From the NCBI GenBank assembly GCA_965207735.1, contig OZ242296.1:448001-512000 (forward strand): a stretch of DNA of 64,000 bases, given 5' to 3'. The first letter of the stretch is position 1. Each line of letters starts with the position of its first letter. The notes beneath the pieces were generated by a model, which saw only the letters and a program-made list of their open reading frames with translations, did not search any database and was not told the origin of the DNA. The stretch is from Candidatus Versatilivorator sp. (GTDB taxonomy: Bacteria; Acidobacteriota; Terriglobia; Versatilivoradales; Versatilivoraceae). Shown here one piece after another: positions 1 to 7,536 of the stretch. A program made the position numbers and the translations under genes.

Positions 1-238
1 CGCCGCCAGTCGACAACACCCTCCCTCCAGAAAGCTGGAGGTGACGTCATAGAGGATCAGGGTGGCCTCGCCCAGATACCGGTGGGCCAGACTCTTCTCG
101 ATGTGTCTCTGGCGTCGGAGCAGCCAGTCGAGCATGCCCAGCAGTTCATTGCCGGTGACCGGCCCCAGACCCAGCACGGCGCCCAGGCTGGAGGCGGCCG
201 TGTCCGGGGAGAGATGGCGTGCGGCGGCCAGCTTCGGG
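1..238 (-). pseudogene. IS1634-family transposase internal fragment (5' part cut off at the repeat element; continues past window start)
   Basis: The minus strand reads PKLAAARHLSPDTAASSLGAVLGLGPVTGNELLGMLDWLLRRQRHIEKSLAHRYLGEATLILYDVTSSFLEG, which matches the IS1634 LYDVTS first catalytic-Asp region. No start codon lies upstream before the repeat. Confidence 0.75.
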
Positions 239-241
239 TGA

Positions 242-420
242 AAACAGGGGACGTTGTTGAATTGCTGGAAAAACTTTGTTCACACCGAATGTAGGGAGAG
301 GTCGGATGGAGATCGGATATAGATTCCCGACCAGGCAAAGCACTCCAAACCCCTCATCGCCAACGAGCTACAGAACCACCAATCCAACTTATTCCAATAA
401 TTCAACAACGTCCCCTGTTT
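242..420. mobile_element. MITE-like element, copy 1 (perfect 22-bp terminal inverted repeats)
   Basis: AAACAGGGGACGTTGTTGAATT (242-263) is the exact reverse complement of AATTCAACAACGTCCCCTGTTT (399-420). The internal sequence is shared with copies at ~2124 and ~3884. Confidence 0.8.
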
Positions 421-466
421 GCCCTGTATCAATGCCGTTGGTAAAGCGACCATCTAACAGTCGGTT

Positions 467-1891
467 TTAGTTGCTTTTGGTGTTACGAGAGCGGCTCACT
501 CGGCGTCGAACGCTCTCATAACACACGCCCTTGATGTCAAAGACAACCACACTCTCCATGTCCAGACGTAAGAATGGGTCGTGATTTGCCAGCAGTTCAA
601 TATTTTCACTGCAAATGTCTTCATTCCACGGCTCGGAATAGGACAGGAGGCTCAGGAGGCCACTAGAACTCTTACCTTTTTCTGACGGCGACGCCTTTGC
701 CGGCGGATCGTGCGACACGTCCTCGTATATAAAGATATCTCTGTCCCTTTCGCCGCCTCGAGGGATACGGATCTTGATTTCGACACCTTCGGGGAGTTCA
801 TTGGACTCCACGCCGCAAGCATGGTTAAACAAAACCAAATTGCGGCCCGTCCCACCAGTTTGCGATGAGTGATAGATGATTCCGTCGAGTTGTGGGTCTA
901 CTTTGTTGGCCAGATATTCGGCCACGACTTGAGTGGCGAGATATTCGAACGCCTCGTCTTGCGGCATCACCGGGCGACACATCTCTCGCACGAGCCGCCT
1001 AAGGAACCTCGCACGAGTTGCTCGTTCGTCATAGTCGGGGTCAAAATAGCTACCCTCGACGAAGATCTCAGCCAGCGCATCGAAGTCAAGAAGACGGACC
1101 GAGCGCAAAAACTCGAATTTGGCTACTACCACTTTGCTCCCAACTGGTGCTCTCGCCTCTGCTACGCAAGTGGCCTCATCCATGGCGCCATAGAAGACCG
1201 GAATGCCTGGTGCATTCATCCGACCGCCTTGAGCCACCCGCGGCGGCGGGCCAATCTCTCGTGCAGGCGACTTCAGGATGCCCTTGAGTTCATTGTCCGA
1301 CTGGGATTTGCGCGCCCGCCAAACGAACCGGTCTGCGTCGTCGGGGCCGATTTCGCGAAACACAGGCTTATCGCTATCGGTCCTGTGATCTTTCAGGTCA
1401 CCAAAAATTTCGCTCAGCGCCTCTTCGGCATATTGGCTGAAGAATCGCGCACGGGATCGAATACCGCTGCAAAACACGGTCCATGTGTCGCGGAGGTGCC
1501 AATCGTTGGGTTCAAGTTCTACATAATACGCTTCGTCGCTGTAAGGATCGTCCTCGCCATCCTTAACTGCCATTTCGCCGTAGCGGTCGGATAGTAAGTC
1601 TCTCACGTCGTCAGCGATCTCCTCGCTCAACTTCGCTATGTCGGCAATCACCAGTTCGATCGGATCGCCGGACCGTTCCCATAAGTCTCTTCGCGACCGG
1701 ACGAATCGCTCTTGCAATACCTCGTGAATGCGGTCAGCCAGACTCTTCAGTGACTCCGCCTCGCGCGTCTCACCACAGTATCTGCATGGCTTCCAAGTGC
1801 CACCTTCTTTCACTTTGTTGGAAAGGGAGCAATCTCCGATACAGACATGGCAGACGAACTTGGCGTTCTGTTGTTGCATCTGTTGTTGCAT
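467..1891 (-). CDS. RES domain-containing protein with Cys-rich N-terminal domain
   Basis: 474 aa with RES motifs GRMNAPGIPVFYGA...CVAE, EYLATQVVAEYL and DGIIYHSS...NLVLF, and an N-terminal CxxC...CxxC. Confidence 0.8.
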   Translation of the reverse strand: MQQQMQQQNAKFVCHVCIGDCSLSNKVKEGGTWKPCRYCGETREAESLKSLADRIHEVLQERFVRSRRDLWERSGDPIELVIADIAKLSEEIADDVRDLLSDRYGEMAVKDGEDDPYSDEAYYVELEPNDWHLRDTWTVFCSGIRSRARFFSQYAEEALSEIFGDLKDHRTDSDKPVFREIGPDDADRFVWRARKSQSDNELKGILKSPAREIGPPPRVAQGGRMNAPGIPVFYGAMDEATCVAEARAPVGSKVVVAKFEFLRSVRLLDFDALAEIFVEGSYFDPDYDERATRARFLRRLVREMCRPVMPQDEAFEYLATQVVAEYLANKVDPQLDGIIYHSSQTGGTGRNLVLFNHACGVESNELPEGVEIKIRIPRGGERDRDIFIYEDVSHDPPAKASPSEKGKSSSGLLSLLSYSEPWNEDICSENIELLANHDPFLRLDMESVVVFDIKGVCYESVRRRVSRSRNTKSN

Positions 1892-1934
1892 GGCTCCCCC
1901 AGACTTCCTCTCAACTTGCCATCCATTGTACTTG

Positions 1935-2123
1935 CTAAGGATGGATAAATCGGATGGGTATTCGGCTTCGAGGCTGGTGGTGTAGCCGCCGTAGGCGAGC
2001 TTGTGAGTGACCGTGGTGGCTAGGCTTTCTTCGTCGACTCCGGTGCGGAAGCCGGTGAGGGCTACCCGTGATTACGCCCTGAGCTTTGGATCTCCGTTGG
2101 CCAGGGTGACGCCTACGGGGGGG
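1935..2123 (-). pseudogene. Fragment resembling the C-terminus of phage late control protein D (GpD)
   Basis: The minus strand reads VTLANGDPKLRA*SRVALTGFRTGVDEESLATTVTHKLAYGGYTTSLEAE, which resembles the GpD C-terminal 'V.H.L...GYTT.LE' pattern. It has an internal stop and is cut off at repeat copy 2. Confidence 0.5.
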
Positions 2124-2272
2124 CAGGGGACGTTGTTGAATTGCCGGAAAAACTTTGCTCACACCGAATGTTGGAAGAGGTCGGACAGAGATCCCCCACC
2201 AGGCAAACCACTCCAACACCTGCATCTCCAAGGGATTGAAGAACCGCCAATCTGGCGTTAGACAACGTTCCT
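2124..2272. mobile_element. MITE-like element, copy 2 (degenerate right end, small internal deletion)
   Basis: CAGGGGACGTTGTTGAATTGCCGGAAAAACTTTGCTCACACCGAATG... aligns with copy 1. The right end TTAGACAACGTTCCT is degenerate. Confidence 0.75.
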
Positions 2273-2317
2273 CCCGGAACACCGGAGTTCCGGACGTGGA
2301 TCCGGCTCCTGTTCTAC

Positions 2318-2581
2318 GTGCCGGCGGTTTGTGGGGGGGGCTTCGGCTTGCTCGGTGGCTACCTCTGCGACCGATTTGGTCGGCTGAGGATCATGTTTTG
2401 GAGCATTCTAATCTACCGCTGCTCAGCTTTCGCAACCGCCTTTTCAACGTTGGCGATTATTCTGCTCGCGCTCCGTTGTACGACGTGCATTGGTATCTCC
2501 GTCAAGTTTGTGACAGGTCTCTCAGACGGGAAAGCTCTCGGTGCTTCATCCAATCAGCCTCTGCTGCCGACTAAGGCCTGA
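2318..2581 (+). pseudogene. MFS transporter fragment
   Basis: GFGLLGGYLCDRFGRLRIMFWSILIY contains MFS motif A (G...D.FGR). Only ~87 aa. Confidence 0.55.
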
Positions 2582-2624
2582 GTGAAAGCCTCGATAAGTG
2601 CCGCCGCGCTACGTTGGCAATGCC

Positions 2625-3842
2625 TCAATCCGTATGTCTTTCATCAAGACCATGCGGGGAGCCGAAGAGTGAGTTCCCTCTGCGAATGGCGAGAGCCTTG
2701 CCGTCGATAATCAAGCGTGCGTTAGGCAGGCAAAAATCGATGTTCAGCGATGATTCATTGTGTCCTCCCATGTATCGGTTTTCCCCGAATGCTATGAAGA
2801 GGTTGCCATGAACGTGCTGATCCACGAGTGTCCACCCAATCGTGCGACGCAATGCAGGATTAAGTCCGATGCCGATATGGCTTATCCGGCTCGTTTCGCC
2901 GGTGTGCCCCCGAAATATAGACCGAAGAGCGCCACCTCCAGACGCCGCGTCAATCTGCACGATACGTCCCTCTCGAAAATGGAGAAGTACATCCGTCGCT
3001 GGGCCCGCCCGTTCGAGCCTTAGAGTACCCTCTCCGCTCTCCTCGAGCACCGTCGTATAGATTGAACCGCTCGGCAGATTCGATCCAATAGCACCAGCTG
3101 CTATGTCCGCATCATCGATATCTCCATCATCAGTCAACCATTTGCGATCGCCATGTAGCAGTCGCAACTTGTGACCGGAAGTCTCGAGCACGATGTGCTG
3201 GGAACCATGTAGATGCTTGACAACAGCTGCGATTTCCGTTCTGAGATCTGCTACAGATACACAGAGTGCCTGTAACATTAACGACTCAAGCTGATCAAAA
3301 GCGAGCCCCGACTGTTTGGCACGTTTCCGGGTCGGTATTCCCACTAGAAGAAACGGCAGTCGCAATCCGCTTTCATGATCGCTGAGGCGGCCAACAGCGT
3401 CCCGCCATGCCTGAACCCGGTTGGCGGGAACAGCAGAAAGATCGGGGTGTGTGCTTCCCAGTAGAAGTCTCCGATGAGCACTCGACAGCAGCGTGGATCG
3501 ATGGGCGTCCCATTGCTTTAAGTATTGGAGTGGGGCACGTTCAAGCAATGTAGCCATGTATTCCGGCGGCGAGAGGCGAACCATCGGCGTTGCGCCCCGG
3601 CATTCTATTCCCATCAGAATCTCGCTCACGATCTCAATCCGTCCGGAATCGTCTTGAACTTCGATTAGCTCTCCATCGCGAACTCCGAGTGCATCGACGA
3701 TGCGATTAGCGCTGTACTCCAGGAAATCATCTCGCGACGTAGCCCCGAAAGCAGAAAGGAGTACCGACCGACAGACTCTCACTCTGTAGGTCGACCAGCA
3801 AGTGCGCATTTCGCTTGCGATATTGTCGGCTGCGGACAACAC
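2625..3842 (-). CDS. Peptidase M29 (thermophilic aminopeptidase)-like protein, metal ligands degenerate; start uncertain
   Basis: NLPSGSIYT, SHIGIGLNP, DQHVHGNLFIAFGEN and NESSLNIDF align with M29/AmpT motifs. Confidence 0.65.
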   Translation of the reverse strand: MLSAADNIASEMRTCWSTYRVRVCRSVLLSAFGATSRDDFLEYSANRIVDALGVRDGELIEVQDDSGRIEIVSEILMGIECRGATPMVRLSPPEYMATLLERAPLQYLKQWDAHRSTLLSSAHRRLLLGSTHPDLSAVPANRVQAWRDAVGRLSDHESGLRLPFLLVGIPTRKRAKQSGLAFDQLESLMLQALCVSVADLRTEIAAVVKHLHGSQHIVLETSGHKLRLLHGDRKWLTDDGDIDDADIAAGAIGSNLPSGSIYTTVLEESGEGTLRLERAGPATDVLLHFREGRIVQIDAASGGGALRSIFRGHTGETSRISHIGIGLNPALRRTIGWTLVDQHVHGNLFIAFGENRYMGGHNESSLNIDFCLPNARLIIDGKALAIRRGNSLFGSPHGLDERHTD

Positions 3843-3883
3843 CTCGCCGACGTCCTTTGACCGGGCGCGAAGGTCTACGGGCG

Positions 3884-4061
3884 AACAGGGGACGTTGTTG
3901 AATTGCTGGAAAAACTCTGCTCACACCGAATGTAGGAAGAGGTTGGATTGAGATCGGACAGAGATTCCCCACCAGGCAAACCACTCCAACACCTTTGTAG
4001 CCAAAGGATTGCATCCCCGCCAATTCGAATTATTCCACTAATTAAACAACGTCCCTTGGTT
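3884..4061. mobile_element. MITE-like element, copy 3
   Basis: Runs from AACAGGGGACGTTGTTGAATT to AATTAAACAACGTCCCTTGGTT, in the same orientation as copies 1 and 2. Confidence 0.8.
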
Positions 4062-4193
4062 GCTTGCCTATCGCCGGAGCAGGCCTCCCAGCTACGCCAG
4101 CGGGTGCAGGCTGGAGCGCGGAAGGCTCCCCTGGCCCGCGCGTTTGGCATCAGTCGAGAAACCCTCTATCAATACCTCCGTACACAACACTGA
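4062..4193 (+). pseudogene. Tn3-family resolvase (TnpR) C-terminal HTH fragment
   Basis: LSPEQASQLRQRVQAGARKAPLARAFGISRETLYQYLR is a Tn21/Tn501-type resolvase HTH. The N-terminus is replaced by repeat copy 3. Confidence 0.75.
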
Positions 4194-4195
4194 CG

Positions 4196-4652
4196 ATGCC
4201 TCGTGGCGATCATTTTCCCTCCGAGCCAGTTGCTGCGCAAGCTCGCTTCCTATCCGCGCCAGCATGATCTCGCCGCGCCGCTTCGCGAAATCGGCCGCAT
4301 CGAGCGCACGCTCTTCATCATTGATTGGGTGCTCGACCCGAACATGCGCCGACGCGCCCATTTCGGGCTGAACAACGGCGAGTCCTATCACGCCCTGAAA
4401 AACGCCCTGCGCATCGGACGCCAAGGCGAAATCCGCGACCGTTCCTGCCAAGGTCAGCACTACCGGATGGCTGGGCTCAATCTGCTGGCGGCCATCGTCA
4501 TTTACTGGAAAACCGTCCGCTTGGACGAGGCCGTCCGGCAGCGAAAACGCACCGGTCTGTCGGCCCAGACCGAGCTCCTCGTACACATCTCACACCTCGG
4601 CTGGGCTCATATTCTCCTGACCGGCGAATACCGATGGCCGAGAAAACCGTGA
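4196..4652 (+). pseudogene. Tn3-family transposase (TnpA), large internal deletion
   Basis: ATG CCT CGT (MPR) is followed directly, out of frame, by the C-terminal PSQLLRKLASYPRQHDLA..LREIGRIERTLF...LNNGE..HISHLGWAHILLTGEYRW. Confidence 0.85.
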
Positions 4653-4658
4653 CCGGCG

Positions 4659-4696
4659 CTTAGCGTAGGACGTCGCCCCTTACCGGACTCGACCCC
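4659..4696 (-). repeat. 38-bp Tn3-family terminal inverted repeat
   Basis: The reverse complement reads GGGGTCGAGTCCGGTAAGGGGCGACGTCCTACGCTAAG (GGGG...TAAG, 38 bp), immediately after tnpA. Confidence 0.85.
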
Positions 4697-4890
4697 GCCA
4701 CCAGTAGAATGTCTGCTCGCTGATCCCATGCTTCCGACACAACTCTGGTTCTTGGCCCCTGCGTCAGACTCTTTCAGAATCCCGATGATCTATTCTTCAG
4801 TGAATCGTTTCCGCTTCATGCTGAGTTCTCCCTGGTCTTTTTACCAGAAAACTTACTCTCGAAGTGGACCGTTTTATGGGGGGAAGGTCA
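4697..4890 (-). mobile_element. IS3-family element left end with degenerate orfA
   Basis: Starts TGACCTTCCCCCCATAAAACGGTCCAC. orfA from 4819 reads MKRKRFTEE*IIGILKESDAGAKNQ, then a frameshift, then LCRKHGISEQTFY. It is interrupted by the Tn3 IR. Confidence 0.8.
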
Positions 4891-7536
4891 GTGCTCACCG
4901 AAGGAAGCCTCGTCGATCTCCAGCGCTCGCCGCATCAGCGGTTCCGCCTGCCCCATCCGGTTAGTGGCCTTCAGCAGCTGCGCCAGGTTGTTCAAACCTA
5001 TCGCCACCGTCGGGTGGTGCTCGCCAAAGGAGGCCTTGCTGATCTCCAGCGCTCGTCGCATCAGCGGCTCCGCCTCCCCCATCCGGTTGGTGGCCTTCAG
5101 CAGCTGCGCCAGGTTGTTCAAATCTCTCGCCACGGCCGGGTGGTGCTCGCCGAAGGAGGCCTCGTCGATCTCCAGCGCTCGCCGCATCAGCGGTTCCGCC
5201 TCCTCCATCCGGTTGGTGGCCTGCAGCAGCTGCCCCAGGTTGTTCAAACCTATCGCCACGGTCGGGTGGTGCTTGCCGAAGGAAGCCATGCTGATCTCCA
5301 GCGCTCGCCGCATCAGCGGCTCCGCCTCCCCCATCCGGTTGGTGGCCTGCAGCAACTGCGCCAGGTTGTTCAAACGAATCGCCACGGTCGGGTGGTGCTC
5401 GCCGAAGGAGGCCTTGCTGATCTCCAGCGCTCGCCGCATCAGCGGTTCAGCCTCCCCCATCCGGTTGGTAGCCTTCAGCAACTGCGCCAGGTTGTTCAAA
5501 TCTATCGCCACCGTCGGGTGGTGCTCGCCGAAGGAAGCCTCGTCGATCTCCAGCGCTCGCCGCATCAGCGGCTCCGCCTCCCCCATCCGGTTGGTGGCCT
5601 GCAACAGCGTCGCCAGGTTGTTCAAACTTATCGCCACCGTCGGGTGGTGCTCGCCGAAGGAGGCCTTGCTGATCTCCAGCGCTCGCCGCATCAGCGGCTC
5701 CGCCTCCCCCATCCGGTTCGTGTCCTGCAGCAGTTGCGCCAAGTTGTTCGAAGCCGTTGCGACAAGCTTCGCATTGGCGTGTCCCTTTGCCTCAGCGAGC
5801 GCTTTGCGTTGCTGAGTCTCTGAATCATCCCATCGTGCGAGAGCCATCAGTTCCGTCGCAATTTTCAGGCGCTGCAAGATCCGTTTTTCCGAATCGTCTA
5901 TGCTCGCCAGCGTATCGCGCAGAAAGGCCAGCCTGGTCTCGGAAAAATTGCGCAGCGTCAATCCCTCTCCCATCTCCATGAGCCAATTGGCGAAATTCTC
6001 AAACTCGCCGCTTCGGTGCATTTCCCAACATGCAATCATTTCCTCGACTTCGGCAAGATAGTTGGGGGCGGATCGATTACTCGTAATAATACGGGCAATC
6101 GATTGACTCACCCCATCGCCAGCCAGCGGCGCAGCTTCGCGCACGTAGCTCGCCATTTGCTCGGCATCTCCACGGCGGGCAAAGATCCTCGCCATGTCGA
6201 ACTTCGCGGTCGCTCTCTCGTTTTGGTCGCCGACTTCACTAAGGTAATCTAGGGTCTTTTCCGCATCGACACTGCCTTCTTGGATAAGTTTCTCGCGCAA
6301 TAGGCGGCGCTTCTCATCGCGGTCATCGATGCTTGGGTAAAAGAGGTTGAAGAATTCAAGCAAAAACGGCAGGCGTTTGCGCGCGCCGCGGGAAAGATTC
6401 ATCGCGAGCCAGATATCGAAGAATCCTTCACGAATCGTGTAAAGGCGCGAGCGTTTGTCTTGTGGGTGCTGGCTGGCGCGCAGGTAGTGGGCATCGGAGA
6501 GACGCTTGAGCAGCGACGAAGTCTCCTGCTGGCTCATGCGCATTCGCGCGGCAATGGCGGCCGGTGTTTTTTCCTGGTCGCGCATGCTCGCCAGACACTC
6601 CAGCAGCGCGCGTTGGCCGGGAGGCAAATCGTTCAGCCGATCCTGATAGAACGGCGATATCCGGTCGAGCAGCAGATGGAACTGATCCTGGACCTTGGTG
6701 ACCGACTCGTGGGCGATCAACTCGTAGAGCATCATTATCAACCGGGGGTTTCCGCCCGTCATCCGGTAGAGCGCCTGCAAGCGAGAACGCATGTCCACAA
6801 AGGTTGCGAGGATATCGTCGCGCCTTTCCCATTCGAGGTTGCGCCGGATGACTTCAACGGTTTCCTCAAAGCTCAGGTTCTCGAGAATCTGAGTGTCGAA
6901 GAAATCGTAAAACGGCTGTCCAACATCGGTGATGGCGTCGAAGTGTAGCGGTGAGGTGGCCAACAGCAGGCAGCCGTTGTCGGCCATGAAGAACTTGCGC
7001 AACGAGGCGAGTTCGTTCTTGTCGCGAATTTGCCACGTAAATATCTCACCCAGGTTCTCGAGCATAATGAGCAACGTGCGACTACGCTGGCGATTCTGTT
7101 CGCGGATTGCGGGCACCAGGGTGTCGACAACCCGGGCGTTGTCTTCCTCGGTCTGTACCTTGGAGAACAACTCCGCCCATAGCGGCTCGTCTTCGACGGC
7201 ATCTTTCAGGATCTCGCATAGACCGATAAGAAAATCGGCGAAGGACAATGTCCGGTTCGATTCCTCTGGAAACCGGACAACTACGTAACTCGCACTGAGT
7301 GTTTCATCCGATTGCACTGTGTCTTCAATGCAGTCGAGCAGATGGGTCTTTCCGATTCCGCGCGGTCCGATAAACAGAAGATGGTGTTTCGATTTCCTGC
7401 CAATGGAACCACGCAAGGATTCAACCGAATTGTCGAGGACATGTTCTCGCGCAACGCTGGTGTGGCGCAGGCGCTCAGGACTGGTTACTCCTGAGCGATA
7501 TAGTCCGATCTTTGCATTGAGGGTCGGCTCAGGCAT
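4888..7536 (-). CDS. STAND-like P-loop ATPase + winged-HTH + 42-aa TPR repeats (C-terminally truncated by IS3)
   Basis: Walker A GPRGIGKT, Walker B-like LLIMLENL, TGGNPR (GxP) motif, HTH-like TPAAIAARMRMSQQETSSLLKRL, and seven TPR_10/kinesin-light-chain-type repeats. Confidence 0.85.
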   Translation of the reverse strand: MPEPTLNAKIGLYRSGVTSPERLRHTSVAREHVLDNSVESLRGSIGRKSKHHLLFIGPRGIGKTHLLDCIEDTVQSDETLSASYVVVRFPEESNRTLSFADFLIGLCEILKDAVEDEPLWAELFSKVQTEEDNARVVDTLVPAIREQNRQRSRTLLIMLENLGEIFTWQIRDKNELASLRKFFMADNGCLLLATSPLHFDAITDVGQPFYDFFDTQILENLSFEETVEVIRRNLEWERRDDILATFVDMRSRLQALYRMTGGNPRLIMMLYELIAHESVTKVQDQFHLLLDRISPFYQDRLNDLPPGQRALLECLASMRDQEKTPAAIAARMRMSQQETSSLLKRLSDAHYLRASQHPQDKRSRLYTIREGFFDIWLAMNLSRGARKRLPFLLEFFNLFYPSIDDRDEKRRLLREKLIQEGSVDAEKTLDYLSEVGDQNERATAKFDMARIFARRGDAEQMASYVREAAPLAGDGVSQSIARIITSNRSAPNYLAEVEEMIACWEMHRSGEFENFANWLMEMGEGLTLRNFSETRLAFLRDTLASIDDSEKRILQRLKIATELMALARWDDSETQQRKALAEAKGHANAKLVATASNNLAQLLQDTNRMGEAEPLMRRALEISKASFGEHHPTVAISLNNLATLLQATNRMGEAEPLMRRALEIDEASFGEHHPTVAIDLNNLAQLLKATNRMGEAEPLMRRALEISKASFGEHHPTVAIRLNNLAQLLQATNRMGEAEPLMRRALEISMASFGKHHPTVAIGLNNLGQLLQATNRMEEAEPLMRRALEIDEASFGEHHPAVARDLNNLAQLLKATNRMGEAEPLMRRALEISKASFGEHHPTVAIGLNNLAQLLKATNRMGQAEPLMRRALEIDEASFGEH
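4891..5763 (-). repeat. Intragenic 126-bp tandem repeats (about 7 units) encoding TPRs
   Basis: The unit VAIxLNNLAQLL(K/Q)ATNRMGEAEPLMRRALEI(SK/DE)ASFGEHHPT is repeated with high nucleotide identity. Confidence 0.95.

Noticed and set aside
242-4061. Classical integron with attC sites
   Set aside because: The repeats have IS-like terminal inverted repeats rather than an RYYYAAC/GTTRRRY layout, the intervals include truncated gene stubs, and no IntI is present in the window.
4891-5763. CRISPR array or DGR template/variable repeats
   Set aside because: The units are contiguous in-frame 126-bp coding repeats with no unique spacers. No cas or reverse transcriptase gene lies in the window.
4864-5823. 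Long plus-strand repetitive ORFs (319 and 283 aa)
   Set aside because: They are antisense shadows of the TPR repeat array.
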